A stretch of 64,000 bases of DNA. Source: a virus. Its lineage: Duplodnaviria > Caudoviricetes. The notes under the pieces are model-generated. The model worked only from the letters and a program-made list of their open reading frames with translations. It had not been told where the DNA came from and made no database searches. Made by a program: the position numbers and the translations under genes. The stretch is from IMG/VR virus record IMGVR_UViG_3300025141_000018. One strand, given 5' to 3'. Position 1 is the stretch's first letter, and each line of letters begins with the position of its first letter. This document shows positions 47,382 to 57,332 of this stretch, piece by piece.

Positions 47382-48292
47382 AAGTTAAAACAGGCGATCC
47401 ACAATTTAAATTCGAAAAAGGCGGAAATAGTGTATGGCATAATCCGCTTATGGAATTTATAGAAAAAGAAGAAATTTTAACAAAATATTTAGATGGATAT
47501 CCGCAAGCACAAGATGAATTTTTAGATTTGTATCCTAACTGGATTAATACAAGTAAACATAATTCAGTTGAAGGAATGGATAATTTTAAGTATAAAGCAA
47601 TTAGTGTTGGTTGTACACAAGCACTAGATTGGTTTCATTTATACTCATCCCAGCACGGACTTATATTAAAATTATTTAGAGGAGAGTATCCATACAATAG
47701 AGATATTGGCCTATTCAATTATCAGAAACAAATGATTAATGAGTATACAGAATTACAAGAAGGCGATGCACTTATATTAAGTTATCCGTTTAGCGGATAC
47801 GGTTCAAAGCACGAACAGTATAATGAAACAATGGCTCATTGTAGTAAACTAGGTATTCCTGTATTAATAGATTGTGCTTGGCTAGGTAGTGCAAAAAATA
47901 TGAATATTGATTTGAATTACGATTGCATATACGGTGTTGCATTTAGTTTAAGTAAATCGTTAAGTTGTGGTAATTGGCGTTCAGGTATGTTTTTAACAAA
48001 TGACGAAAGATGTAGTATGGTGCTATGCACAGAGTGGGCTCACCAAGTACATTTGAATACGTGGATATGTTATAATTTAATACAAAACTTTAGTCCAGAT
48101 ACATTACAAAATACATTTGGTATGTATCAACAAAAAATTTGTAGAGACTATAAACTAATACCAACCGATACTGTACATATTTGCTTATCGTATGATCAAG
48201 AATGGAAAGAATATCATAGAGACTTTAGCAAGTATTTTAGAATTAATATTAGAAAACCATTAAAACTTTATAGAAAGCAGAAAATTAAATGA
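47378..48292 (+). CDS. PLP-dependent transferase (class I/II aminotransferase-like, compact)
   Basis: GCTQA, GEYPY, SYPFS, VLIDCAW, FSLSKS (PLP Lys), RSG. Confidence 0.65.
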   Translation: MKVKTGDPQFKFEKGGNSVWHNPLMEFIEKEEILTKYLDGYPQAQDEFLDLYPNWINTSKHNSVEGMDNFKYKAISVGCTQALDWFHLYSSQHGLILKLFRGEYPYNRDIGLFNYQKQMINEYTELQEGDALILSYPFSGYGSKHEQYNETMAHCSKLGIPVLIDCAWLGSAKNMNIDLNYDCIYGVAFSLSKSLSCGNWRSGMFLTNDERCSMVLCTEWAHQVHLNTWICYNLIQNFSPDTLQNTFGMYQQKICRDYKLIPTDTVHICLSYDQEWKEYHRDFSKYFRINIRKPLKLYRKQKIK

Positions 48293-49398
48293 AATTTGCT
48301 TGCCGTTATCCATTAAAGGCTGTACATATATTTCCTAATACAAAAGATACTCCGTGTTGTCGCTTTCATCAAATGCATCTTAAAGATGACGATGTAAACA
48401 CTATACAAAATTATGACAACATGTTTACATCTATAAGACAAAACATGTCAACAACAGCAATACAAGGATGTGAAAAATGTTACGAACAAGACGAACGTGG
48501 CATTGATAGTATGCGAGCAGAAAGTTATAGGCTATTTGATAATAATGATGTAGCACTAGAATGTATTGAAATATCAGTTGGGCGGTTATGTAATTTAGCA
48601 TGTGTTTCGTGTGGTGTTGATTCTAGTACAACATGGGAGGAAGATTCTTATGTATGGAATGATTCACCTACGCCAAAAGAAACAGAAGTACACATTCCTT
48701 TAAATAAAGATATATATAAAGATTTAAAGATTTTAAAAATTACAGGCGGGGAGCCTTTTTTGCACATTAAGTTTTTAAAGTTTCTTAAGTTTTTAGTAGA
48801 TAGCAATCTGGCAAAAAACATTGAACTGGAAATTTTTACTAATACGACTTTTTATCCTACTAAGTTGGATGTTGATAATTTACTATGTTTTAAATCTATT
48901 ACTTTAAGTTGTAGTATTGATGGCATAGGTGAAGTAAATGAATTCCTACGATATCCTAGCAACTGGCAAGCAACAGAAGAAATATTTATTAAGTGGAAAA
49001 CATTAGCAGAAGCAAATAAAAATTTTAACATTAATGTTGCTTGTACTGTTGGATGGTTAAATCTTTTATATGTTAAAGAACTATTACATTGGGCTAGAAT
49101 ACACCACGACACTCCAATGATTTTACAATTCATTGATGGGCCTTCATGGCTTAGTATAACTTGTTTACCATCAAATTACAAGAAAAAAATACGTTATGCT
49201 CTTGATTTACAGTTTGATGAGTTCTATCATAAACGACAAAAGTACGATAACATTTACAATCAATTAAAAGCAAAACTAGATTCACTAGGCAATGTGGATG
49301 ATTACGAACTTGGTGTTGAAAAATTACAAACATTAATGGCACATAGACAGCAAGACTTTAATGCCTTTAATAAGCATTTTGAATTAATTGCATTATGA
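48289..49398 (+). CDS. Radical SAM protein with N-terminal twitch-like domain
   Basis: ACRYP...PCC...CEKC; GRLCNLACVSC; ITGGEP; RYPSNW. Confidence 0.88.
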   Translation: MKFACRYPLKAVHIFPNTKDTPCCRFHQMHLKDDDVNTIQNYDNMFTSIRQNMSTTAIQGCEKCYEQDERGIDSMRAESYRLFDNNDVALECIEISVGRLCNLACVSCGVDSSTTWEEDSYVWNDSPTPKETEVHIPLNKDIYKDLKILKITGGEPFLHIKFLKFLKFLVDSNLAKNIELEIFTNTTFYPTKLDVDNLLCFKSITLSCSIDGIGEVNEFLRYPSNWQATEEIFIKWKTLAEANKNFNINVACTVGWLNLLYVKELLHWARIHHDTPMILQFIDGPSWLSITCLPSNYKKKIRYALDLQFDEFYHKRQKYDNIYNQLKAKLDSLGNVDDYELGVEKLQTLMAHRQQDFNAFNKHFELIAL

Positions 49399-50597
49399 AA
49401 TCTATTTTGCATTTAAAAGATTCAGATACATTTTGTTTATTACCGTTTATGCATACATACGGAAGTGCTGATGGTAACCTTGTATTATGCTGTGAAGCAC
49501 AGGAATATGAGTGCGGAAAGGGCGGTAAAACGCTCGACAGCAGGTGGAATAGCAAAGAGTATAAAGAAGTACGTAAAGCACTAGTAGGAGGTACTAAGCA
49601 TAAGGCATGTCATGTATGTTGGCACAACGAAAAGAACGGTATAGAAAGTAATAGGCAGTTACACACCGAACAACATTGGAATGAGTTTGCACCGCTTATA
49701 CAATTAAATGATGACTATACAGTAAGCAATCAGCCATTGTGGTTTGAGTTAAAGATAGGAAACTTTTGTAACCTTGCTTGCAGAATGTGCAGTACTCATA
49801 GCAGTTATAAACGAGCCCAAGATATTGATATTATAGGTAAGTATAGTGGGTTTGACAATCAAGAAACAAAACTTGTAACACCTGATGATTTGTTTGCAAT
49901 ACTGCAAAGTGATGTAGATTGGACACAAGTAGAACGATTACAGTTTACAGGTGGCGAACCTATAATAAATGAAATGCATTACGATTTATTGTATAGTATA
50001 CCTAGAGAGTATAGGCATTTAATTCGTTTGCGTTATGCAACGAATTTAACACATTTAAAGTATAGACAACACGACTTAATAGATATATGGAGGCAATTTA
50101 AACATGTCAATGTTAAAGTCAGTATGGATGGCGCTGGCGCTGTTTATGATTATATACGTGTTGGCGGTAGTTTTAGTACTGTCGCAAACAACATGAACGA
50201 GTTAAAGAATGTTGATAATGTAGATATAGCAGTAGGTTTAACTATACAAGTTTACAACGTATTTGCATTACCCGAATTTTTTGATTTTATAAATAAAATT
50301 GGAATCAACTTTAGTTTCGTTGGTTCCTTTTTATTACAAACTCCAAAGTACCTTAATATATCAGTATTACCACAACATTTAAAAGATCAAATTTGCGATA
50401 AACTTAGCAAGTATAATGGAAAAGTTAACATACATAGACACGATAATTTTGATACTATTATAGAGTATATGCAAAAAAATGATAACGAAAAATTATTTTG
50501 GAAAAAAACTATGCCATACACAGAAGACATGGAACGTCGACATCCAGATAGTATAACATTTAGTAACTTACTTAAAGAACATGGAATCACAATATAA
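49395..50597 (+). CDS. Radical SAM protein with N-terminal twitch-like domain
   Basis: FCLLPF...LCC...CHVC; GNFCNLACRMC; FTGGEP. Confidence 0.9.
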   Translation: MKSILHLKDSDTFCLLPFMHTYGSADGNLVLCCEAQEYECGKGGKTLDSRWNSKEYKEVRKALVGGTKHKACHVCWHNEKNGIESNRQLHTEQHWNEFAPLIQLNDDYTVSNQPLWFELKIGNFCNLACRMCSTHSSYKRAQDIDIIGKYSGFDNQETKLVTPDDLFAILQSDVDWTQVERLQFTGGEPIINEMHYDLLYSIPREYRHLIRLRYATNLTHLKYRQHDLIDIWRQFKHVNVKVSMDGAGAVYDYIRVGGSFSTVANNMNELKNVDNVDIAVGLTIQVYNVFALPEFFDFINKIGINFSFVGSFLLQTPKYLNISVLPQHLKDQICDKLSKYNGKVNIHRHDNFDTIIEYMQKNDNEKLFWKKTMPYTEDMERRHPDSITFSNLLKEHGITI

Positions 50598-52074
50598 TCC
50601 AATAGAAATTGGTATTAAAAATATGAACCATAAGTTTATAAACTTTTTGGTTTATCCTGATTGGAATTCAAGAAGACACAATCGTAAGCATTTACCTTTA
50701 TTTGAAAAATTACAAGAATTAACACACTGGGGTTCTTCTGATATATTTTATGCTATGAATTATGCATATGTACCTGAAATGTGGATACCACAAGCCATAA
50801 TACAAGCAAATAGATTGGGCATGGAAATAGTTAATATTTTTTATATAGGTACATCAATTACTGATAGTGAAGTAGATTTTATAAACAAGATTATAGAGTA
50901 TCATATAAACGTAAAAGAAGAATTACATAAAACTAATGATAAATTTGTATTAGCCGGAGAAATAGAACAGAATAACATATATCCAGAATTTAAACGAAGT
51001 TACATATTAGTTAATATTGATAATTATATTTTACACGGTTGTCCTCGATTTATTATAGAACCTGAATTACATTATACATATTGTTGCACACATTATGATG
51101 AGTTTGAACGAGGTACTGCACACGGGTTATGGCCCGATACTGAAAAAATGGGAAAACAAATACCTCCGCCGAGTTTAGGATGGAGTGCTCCGGCAATATC
51201 AACAATTTTATCATGGGGAACGCCAGTACTACAACTACCAGAAACAATAACAAAAGAACTCCATACAGTTCCGTGGGACGAAGATAGAGATTACTGGCAA
51301 GATGTGTATTGTGATAATCCACATAAGTTAAAACAGTTATGCTATGATTACGAAATGGATCCCCAGTACGAAGAAGTTCGTAGCAAGCACGAACTTAATA
51401 AAATTATTCCTCCGGAATATGGAGGCAAGGCTGTTCCGTTTATTTTAAACACAGAAGATTATATTGAAGAAAAAAGATTAGCAGATGATTATAAATTAAC
51501 AAATGTAATAACTATTGCGGCAGGATTTAAATTTATAAATTTAATAGATGTATTAGAACACACCGAAGATTGTAAAATTATATTTTATGATTATAATAAA
51601 CAAACACTAGGCCTTAAAAAACATATCATGGACAAGTGGAATGGTAAGAGCGATTTAAAAGAATTTTTAACAAAGGAATATCCAAAGTTAGTTAAGGAAT
51701 ACTGGAATGATCACGCATGGTTTAGAGATCAACGTGATCTTCCTAAGTTACAGTCGTTATTTTTAAAATCTAGAAAATGGGACAACGAATATCATTGCCT
51801 TGATATTTTACATGACTTAGATAGTTTTCTAGATATAATACCAGACGAAGCAGGAACGGTTGTGTTTGTAAGTAATATATTTGATTTTGTTCAAAATTGG
51901 ATTTTAGGAACATTAACATTAACTGAAATTTGGATTAAATTTATAAGACATTTGCAAACATATGAAAACGATATATTAATAATTGGAGCAGATCCACAAC
52001 GTAATACAATATTTGATTTTGCTAAAAATATAGGTTCAATCAGACCAAATAAATTACATACATGGGAGTCATAA
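50581..52074 (+). CDS. Hypothetical protein; C-terminal SAM-transferase-like Rossmann domain shared with 52804 and 53706
   Basis: VITIAAGF...KIIFYDYN...W.G; VFVSNIFD. Confidence 0.5.
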   Translation: MESQYNPIEIGIKNMNHKFINFLVYPDWNSRRHNRKHLPLFEKLQELTHWGSSDIFYAMNYAYVPEMWIPQAIIQANRLGMEIVNIFYIGTSITDSEVDFINKIIEYHINVKEELHKTNDKFVLAGEIEQNNIYPEFKRSYILVNIDNYILHGCPRFIIEPELHYTYCCTHYDEFERGTAHGLWPDTEKMGKQIPPPSLGWSAPAISTILSWGTPVLQLPETITKELHTVPWDEDRDYWQDVYCDNPHKLKQLCYDYEMDPQYEEVRSKHELNKIIPPEYGGKAVPFILNTEDYIEEKRLADDYKLTNVITIAAGFKFINLIDVLEHTEDCKIIFYDYNKQTLGLKKHIMDKWNGKSDLKEFLTKEYPKLVKEYWNDHAWFRDQRDLPKLQSLFLKSRKWDNEYHCLDILHDLDSFLDIIPDEAGTVVFVSNIFDFVQNWILGTLTLTEIWIKFIRHLQTYENDILIIGADPQRNTIFDFAKNIGSIRPNKLHTWES

Positions 52075-52829
52075 TGAAACATCCTTATTTTACACCCGAT
52101 ACAGTTCAAGATAAAGAAACAGTAGAGCTTAAACATGAAATATTTAATAACGAAATGTATCGTGATACATTATATAATGTATTAACAGAATATGAGAAAA
52201 CTAAAGATATTGAGGCTATTACAATGAGTTTGTTGCCTTTTTTAAAAATACAAACTTCTGTACCGCATAAAGAAATGCTTGATGAAGCAAAACGATTACT
52301 ACCATTTTTTGTTAATCATAGAGGAGATGCATACAACTGGAAAAGTTTATGCTTGTGGGGATTAAGTCATGCACATACAGGCGTTCCTGAAGATTATGGC
52401 ATGGAAGAAACCGACGAACTAGAAGAACAGTATATGGATTGGACAGATATGTCTAAATTTTGTCCTACTACTAAAAATTGGTTAGAAAATGATTTTGGAT
52501 TTAATAGTTTTACTAGAGTACGTTTCATGGTACTTAATCCAGGTGGATACATTAAACCACATAGTGATACCGATCATCACGAACTAATTGCCATTAATAT
52601 TGCATTAAACATGCCAGAAAAATGTTGCTTTATAGTAGACAAATATGGATGCTTACCTTTAAATGAAGGTGATATATTTTTGCTTAATAATACAAATAAA
52701 CATTGGTTATTTAATAACTCAACTGTGCCTCGTATACATATGATAATTTATGGCGGTCGGAACTGGAATTGGTGGGAGAAAAAAATTGTAGAAGGTTTAA
52801 ACAATGCCAATAAGTTATACAATAAATGA
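52074..52829 (+). CDS. Aspartyl/asparaginyl beta-hydroxylase-like Fe(II)/2OG oxygenase
   Basis: RVRFMVL.PGGYIKPHSD, NIALN.P, KH...N.S..PRIHM; TAATG coupling and ggag SD favour 52074. Confidence 0.75.
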   Translation: MKHPYFTPDTVQDKETVELKHEIFNNEMYRDTLYNVLTEYEKTKDIEAITMSLLPFLKIQTSVPHKEMLDEAKRLLPFFVNHRGDAYNWKSLCLWGLSHAHTGVPEDYGMEETDELEEQYMDWTDMSKFCPTTKNWLENDFGFNSFTRVRFMVLNPGGYIKPHSDTDHHELIAINIALNMPEKCCFIVDKYGCLPLNEGDIFLLNNTNKHWLFNNSTVPRIHMIIYGGRNWNWWEKKIVEGLNNANKLYNK

Positions 52830-53682
52830 TATTGATTTTACTAATGCTAAACACAAAACTTGGGCAATATTTGCAAAAAGATTGTATCAAGATATAAAGT
52901 TTGATAGCAAAGCAGATATAATATTAGAGCCCGGGCAGTTTGTTGATAACCATAAAATATATGATTTACGTGATCAAGATTCATATGTGTTTAAAACATG
53001 GTATAAGGATTGGGCTAACTTGGGCGATACTGTTTGGCTATGGCATTCAGATGAATTAAGCATACCGGAGTTATACTTAGATGCAAATTATAACACAATA
53101 GTTACACCCGGAAGTGGCTTTTATGCTTACGAGACATGGTGTAAATTAGGAAGACCTGATGCTAAAATTATAATTTATGATTATAATCCACATGCAATTA
53201 ATTTTCAAAATGCATTACATGATCACTTTAATGGTCACGAATATAATGCATTTGTTAATGAATACATGGATCAAAATAGAGAAATATATGCTCCTCCAAA
53301 TACTGATAATAAAGTGTTTAACGAAACACACTGGCAGGAATATCTAAAACTAGATATACAAATTTTACAAACCAATTTGTTGTATGATAACATTATTTTT
53401 TCATATACAAAAGGTAAAACATTTTTTAGTGTATCTGATATATTCGATTATCCAGAGTTACTATTAGAATACGGATACGATAAACTTAAAAAATACTATC
53501 TTGATTTTTTAAAATTTGGGAAAATAAATATAGGAAAGACAATTATATATTTTGAAAAACCTAACAATGCATATGTTGATGCTGAACTTAAAGAGCATCC
53601 GTGGCATGAATATTTAGAATTTAAAATACCAGCAGATACCATGTTGTATCTGTACGGTACAAGGTTTGATTTACGCCTATAA
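52804..53682 (+). CDS. Hypothetical protein, same SAM-transferase-like domain family
   Basis: IVTPGSGF...KIIIYDYNP.AI.FQ; FSVSDIFD. Confidence 0.5.
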   Translation: MPISYTINDIDFTNAKHKTWAIFAKRLYQDIKFDSKADIILEPGQFVDNHKIYDLRDQDSYVFKTWYKDWANLGDTVWLWHSDELSIPELYLDANYNTIVTPGSGFYAYETWCKLGRPDAKIIIYDYNPHAINFQNALHDHFNGHEYNAFVNEYMDQNREIYAPPNTDNKVFNETHWQEYLKLDIQILQTNLLYDNIIFSYTKGKTFFSVSDIFDYPELLLEYGYDKLKKYYLDFLKFGKINIGKTIIYFEKPNNAYVDAELKEHPWHEYLEFKIPADTMLYLYGTRFDLRL

Positions 53683-53685
53683 ATA
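53678..53685 (+). promoter_or_regulatory. Candidate T4-like late promoter TATAAATA
   Basis: Exact match ending 20 nt before ATG 53706, at one of the few true intergenic gaps. Confidence 0.5.
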
Positions 53686-53705
53686 TAGTATAACGAGAGA
53701 TTAAA

Positions 53706-55571
53706 ATGGCAGAAAATAACAATAAAGACTTAATACGTCTTTTTCCAGACAGACATGCTACTAGCAAAAAATATATGTTTGCTTTATGGGATAAGCGAAA
53801 TACAACAAGCGACTATATAGACGGGCCCGACACCACAAGTATGAGTGCCACATTTGCTAAATTAGCATATTCAGAATTTGCAAAATTAACAGGTAAAAAA
53901 ATAATTGCTAGTGAAATAGCAAAGATATTCATAGAAGCAACCCAAAGTAATAAAGAATATCTTGTAATACTGCCAACAACGGTTACTCTCTTTAATGCTA
54001 AAAAATTCCAAGAAGCCATTGATGCTTTTATTGATGCAGACTCAGATTGGATGGTTGCCGGACACTTAGGTACGCAAGGTAATGAAGCGTACATACTTAA
54101 TCAAAAAACATATTGGAGAAATTCAATTGAAGATGTTAATGGTTTAGAAGATTGGCCTGCAATTGAAGTCAACGAACACTTTGCATATTTGTATGAAAAT
54201 CCATTTATTATTAATATAGGAAAATACAAAGTACATGGAACATACGAGTTTGGAGAACGTTCAAGTTTAATGACGTCTCTTATAAAGCAAAAAATAACTA
54301 GGCCAGAGGGTGGAAGTGGACATCCTACAAGAGTAGAAAAAGAGCCAGATCCTGCAATAGAGGAATATCAGTTTTGGGCCGATACATATAATCTACCTGT
54401 TGATACACACGGCTGGGCGTTAATAGATAATTGTATACAGACAAACCAATTAGCAACAGTATTGCCTTGGAATGTAAAAAGCACATATAACAGTTCGTAT
54501 TGGCCAAATGAAGATTATTGGGGACTACTTCAAAAATCAGACGTGGAAATGCTTAGAGAAGGAATAGGTGGATTACTTGGCGAAATGATAAGTGTATTTA
54601 CACCTGAAAGAATAAGGGGATGGTTAGCACAGACTAAAAATATGGCATGTTCCGAAGATACTATTGGTGCGTGTTCTCAGGATCAGCAAGAATATTTAGG
54701 CCGTCTTCATGACTATGCAAACATGAAAGAAAATTGGGGAATGGCTAGTTTAAAATCTCAATGGACTGGTAGCACAGATACTGCAATATTAGGCACAGAT
54801 GAATTTACGGCTGTTTCTAATTTGCAAGAACTAGCTGAGTTACCAAATTTTCATAGAATAGTATCTATAGCAAATGGATTAAATGTTTGTCGTTTTATGG
54901 ACAAGTTAGATTTCACTAATGTTAAAGAAATATTTTGGATAAGCGGATCTAATAACGCAATGGATTTTCAACGACAATTAGTAAAAGAAATACAGGATAG
55001 AGTAAAAGCAAATACACACGATTCGTTTGATTATGGCACTTTTTATGATACATGGTTAGCAAATAATGCTAGTTGGATTGGAGATTATGCATATATACAA
55101 GACACATTAGATAATTCACTTAATATGACCGAATCATATGTTAATGAATCGAACCTTGCTGTAATAGGCGATGCTAGTGTATCACATAAATTTATTAGTT
55201 TTACATATTCACCAATGAATCTTGCTCCGTTGTTAAAATTAGCGTTTAAAAAACAACCCGTCGAAGGATTGGAAAACGTGTTTGTAGACTTTGATGATAC
55301 ATTTATAAACCCTTATTATATGTTATCATGTAACAAAAAACAAACAACGTTTGCTGTCGGTGACGAACCATTATCGACTCGTCGATTAGACAGTACAGAA
55401 GAACTGTTATCTGCAAGGTTTAGACCTGAAATTGAATTTAATGATATAATGTATTATCTAGGCCGAATGGTTAATAGAAAAATTACTGATCCTTCCACTA
55501 GCAGTTGGACAGTCTATTTACATTGTTTTTGGCCAGGTACCTATACAGGTATTAATAAGCAACTCTACTAA
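53706..55571 (+). CDS. Large hypothetical protein, C-terminal domain related to 50581 and 52804
   Basis: IVSIANGLN...EIFW...NAMDFQ; N-terminal VAGHL...PFIINI. Confidence 0.55.
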   Translation: MAENNNKDLIRLFPDRHATSKKYMFALWDKRNTTSDYIDGPDTTSMSATFAKLAYSEFAKLTGKKIIASEIAKIFIEATQSNKEYLVILPTTVTLFNAKKFQEAIDAFIDADSDWMVAGHLGTQGNEAYILNQKTYWRNSIEDVNGLEDWPAIEVNEHFAYLYENPFIINIGKYKVHGTYEFGERSSLMTSLIKQKITRPEGGSGHPTRVEKEPDPAIEEYQFWADTYNLPVDTHGWALIDNCIQTNQLATVLPWNVKSTYNSSYWPNEDYWGLLQKSDVEMLREGIGGLLGEMISVFTPERIRGWLAQTKNMACSEDTIGACSQDQQEYLGRLHDYANMKENWGMASLKSQWTGSTDTAILGTDEFTAVSNLQELAELPNFHRIVSIANGLNVCRFMDKLDFTNVKEIFWISGSNNAMDFQRQLVKEIQDRVKANTHDSFDYGTFYDTWLANNASWIGDYAYIQDTLDNSLNMTESYVNESNLAVIGDASVSHKFISFTYSPMNLAPLLKLAFKKQPVEGLENVFVDFDDTFINPYYMLSCNKKQTTFAVGDEPLSTRRLDSTEELLSARFRPEIEFNDIMYYLGRMVNRKITDPSTSSWTVYLHCFWPGTYTGINKQLY

Positions 55572-56410
55572 TGATAGAATACTCACATTTTGATAATTTA
55601 ACAACCGGTATCTTTGAAAATACCGACATGGTACAGGTTATAGATGTTCCTAGATTACATTTATACCCTGATAGACTCAAACGTGTAGCAGACACGTATA
55701 ATAAGTTCTCTTGGGATAAAATAGTATCAGTTGGTGAAGATACTCCACATATACACGAATGGGTATTTCCGGAAAATCATTTGTTTACAGGCGTACAGCA
55801 TTCAAATGATGTTGTAGGTTATGATATAGATTATTATGAACCCGAAACAGATGATGGTGATCCGAGTGGAAAGAAAGTTACTAGAGAAAAAATATACTTT
55901 TATGAATGGACACATAGACGCTTTGGAAAACATTTACCTTGGGCAAAATACTGGTACGATTTAGTTAATGATTTAGAATGTGTAATAGAAAAATTATTGC
56001 CGGCATTTGATTTACCGGAAAATTCATATACACAACGTCAATTAAACCTTATAAAATATGAATGTAAAGAAGCAAGTAACAATGAAGAACTTAAAATACA
56101 CAGACGTGAAAGCAGTGATAGATTTGGCATAGATCATATTGATGGCACATTATTTGGATTGCACTTAGGAGAATCGCATCCTGAAGTACAGGCAAAACCA
56201 GATGGAGCAGATGAATATGCTAAGCCAGATTTAACAGGAAATAAAGTACTTTTATTAGTAGGAGAACATGCCGCTGATCTTAAAAATGGGCGTGGGTGCG
56301 ATCACAGATTATTCTACAACGGAGATTATCTAGCAAAGTCTCGCTATTCATTAGTATTGGATATTACATTACGGTTTAAGGACGAAGAAGATCTAGAGCA
56401 TCCAATGTAA
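55571..56410 (+). CDS. IPNS/DIOX-type Fe(II)/2OG oxygenase-like protein
   Basis: DHIDGTLF.L...H(RL)...RYS (HxD...H...RxS). Confidence 0.55.
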   Translation: MIEYSHFDNLTTGIFENTDMVQVIDVPRLHLYPDRLKRVADTYNKFSWDKIVSVGEDTPHIHEWVFPENHLFTGVQHSNDVVGYDIDYYEPETDDGDPSGKKVTREKIYFYEWTHRRFGKHLPWAKYWYDLVNDLECVIEKLLPAFDLPENSYTQRQLNLIKYECKEASNNEELKIHRRESSDRFGIDHIDGTLFGLHLGESHPEVQAKPDGADEYAKPDLTGNKVLLLVGEHAADLKNGRGCDHRLFYNGDYLAKSRYSLVLDITLRFKDEEDLEHPM

Positions 56411-56411
56411 C

Positions 56412-57332
56412 ATGTTAGAACCAGAAAACATTATAACAAGACAAAGTATATCGTCTCGCCGTCTTCCTCCTCGGCGTGCTAGATTAATAGATCAAACAAA
56501 GTTTATTTATAGTGAATATCTTTCCGGAACTGCTGGCGATTTCTTTAGTCAATTTACTGCTGGAAGTAGTCCAAGTATAATAGCATTTAATAAAATTTTA
56601 CAAAAAGAATTACCTGCTGAACATGCTTTGTTTAATGTAAATAGCGGATCACTTACAACTGTTAGAGGTGTTAATTTTAGTTCAAAAAATGTTATTGAAG
56701 GATGTTTATTTGATCAAGTAGCAAGTTTAAAAAATGTATTAGAAGGATTGTTAATATATCAACTATCAAGAGAATGTGCAGGTAGGTGGACAAGAGAATA
56801 TTTAGAGGAATACTTGCAAATAAAGAAAGTATTTTTTACAACGCATCCACATAAATGTACTGGTTACAAAACAAATGTACTAAGATTAAAGCAAGAATTA
56901 GGAAATAATTTGACATCAGTTGCGTTAATGCCATCAACATTTGAAAGTTTTTATTTCATGTGTAGTTATAGAGTATTAGGAAAGTCTATACATCAAAATA
57001 CTGAGAAGTCAAAAGAAACTGCTAGAAGTAATACTGAATCTTTATTAGAAGAATTTGCTTCATGGCTACAAGATATAAAGCATAGAAAAGATATTATATT
57101 TGTTGATCATATGAATGGTATTATAAACAATAAAGACAACTTTGTCAACCAAATGGAAGACATTTTTGGCATAATTGATAAAGAATATTCTGATTATGTA
57201 ATAGATTCTTACAAAGAAAAACGATATAATAATAATTTAGATCGCATGGATAATTGGAAGGCAACTATGGAAAGAGAGTGGCTTTCTAGCGAATATGCAG
57301 TAGATATTTTACCAGAGCTAAGTATAATATGA
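56412..57332 (+). CDS. Hypothetical protein, possible degenerate sulfotransferase/P-loop
   Basis: IYSEYLSGTAGDFF N-terminal motif, similar to 35505. Confidence 0.45.
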   Translation: MLEPENIITRQSISSRRLPPRRARLIDQTKFIYSEYLSGTAGDFFSQFTAGSSPSIIAFNKILQKELPAEHALFNVNSGSLTTVRGVNFSSKNVIEGCLFDQVASLKNVLEGLLIYQLSRECAGRWTREYLEEYLQIKKVFFTTHPHKCTGYKTNVLRLKQELGNNLTSVALMPSTFESFYFMCSYRVLGKSIHQNTEKSKETARSNTESLLEEFASWLQDIKHRKDIIFVDHMNGIINNKDNFVNQMEDIFGIIDKEYSDYVIDSYKEKRYNNNLDRMDNWKATMEREWLSSEYAVDILPELSII

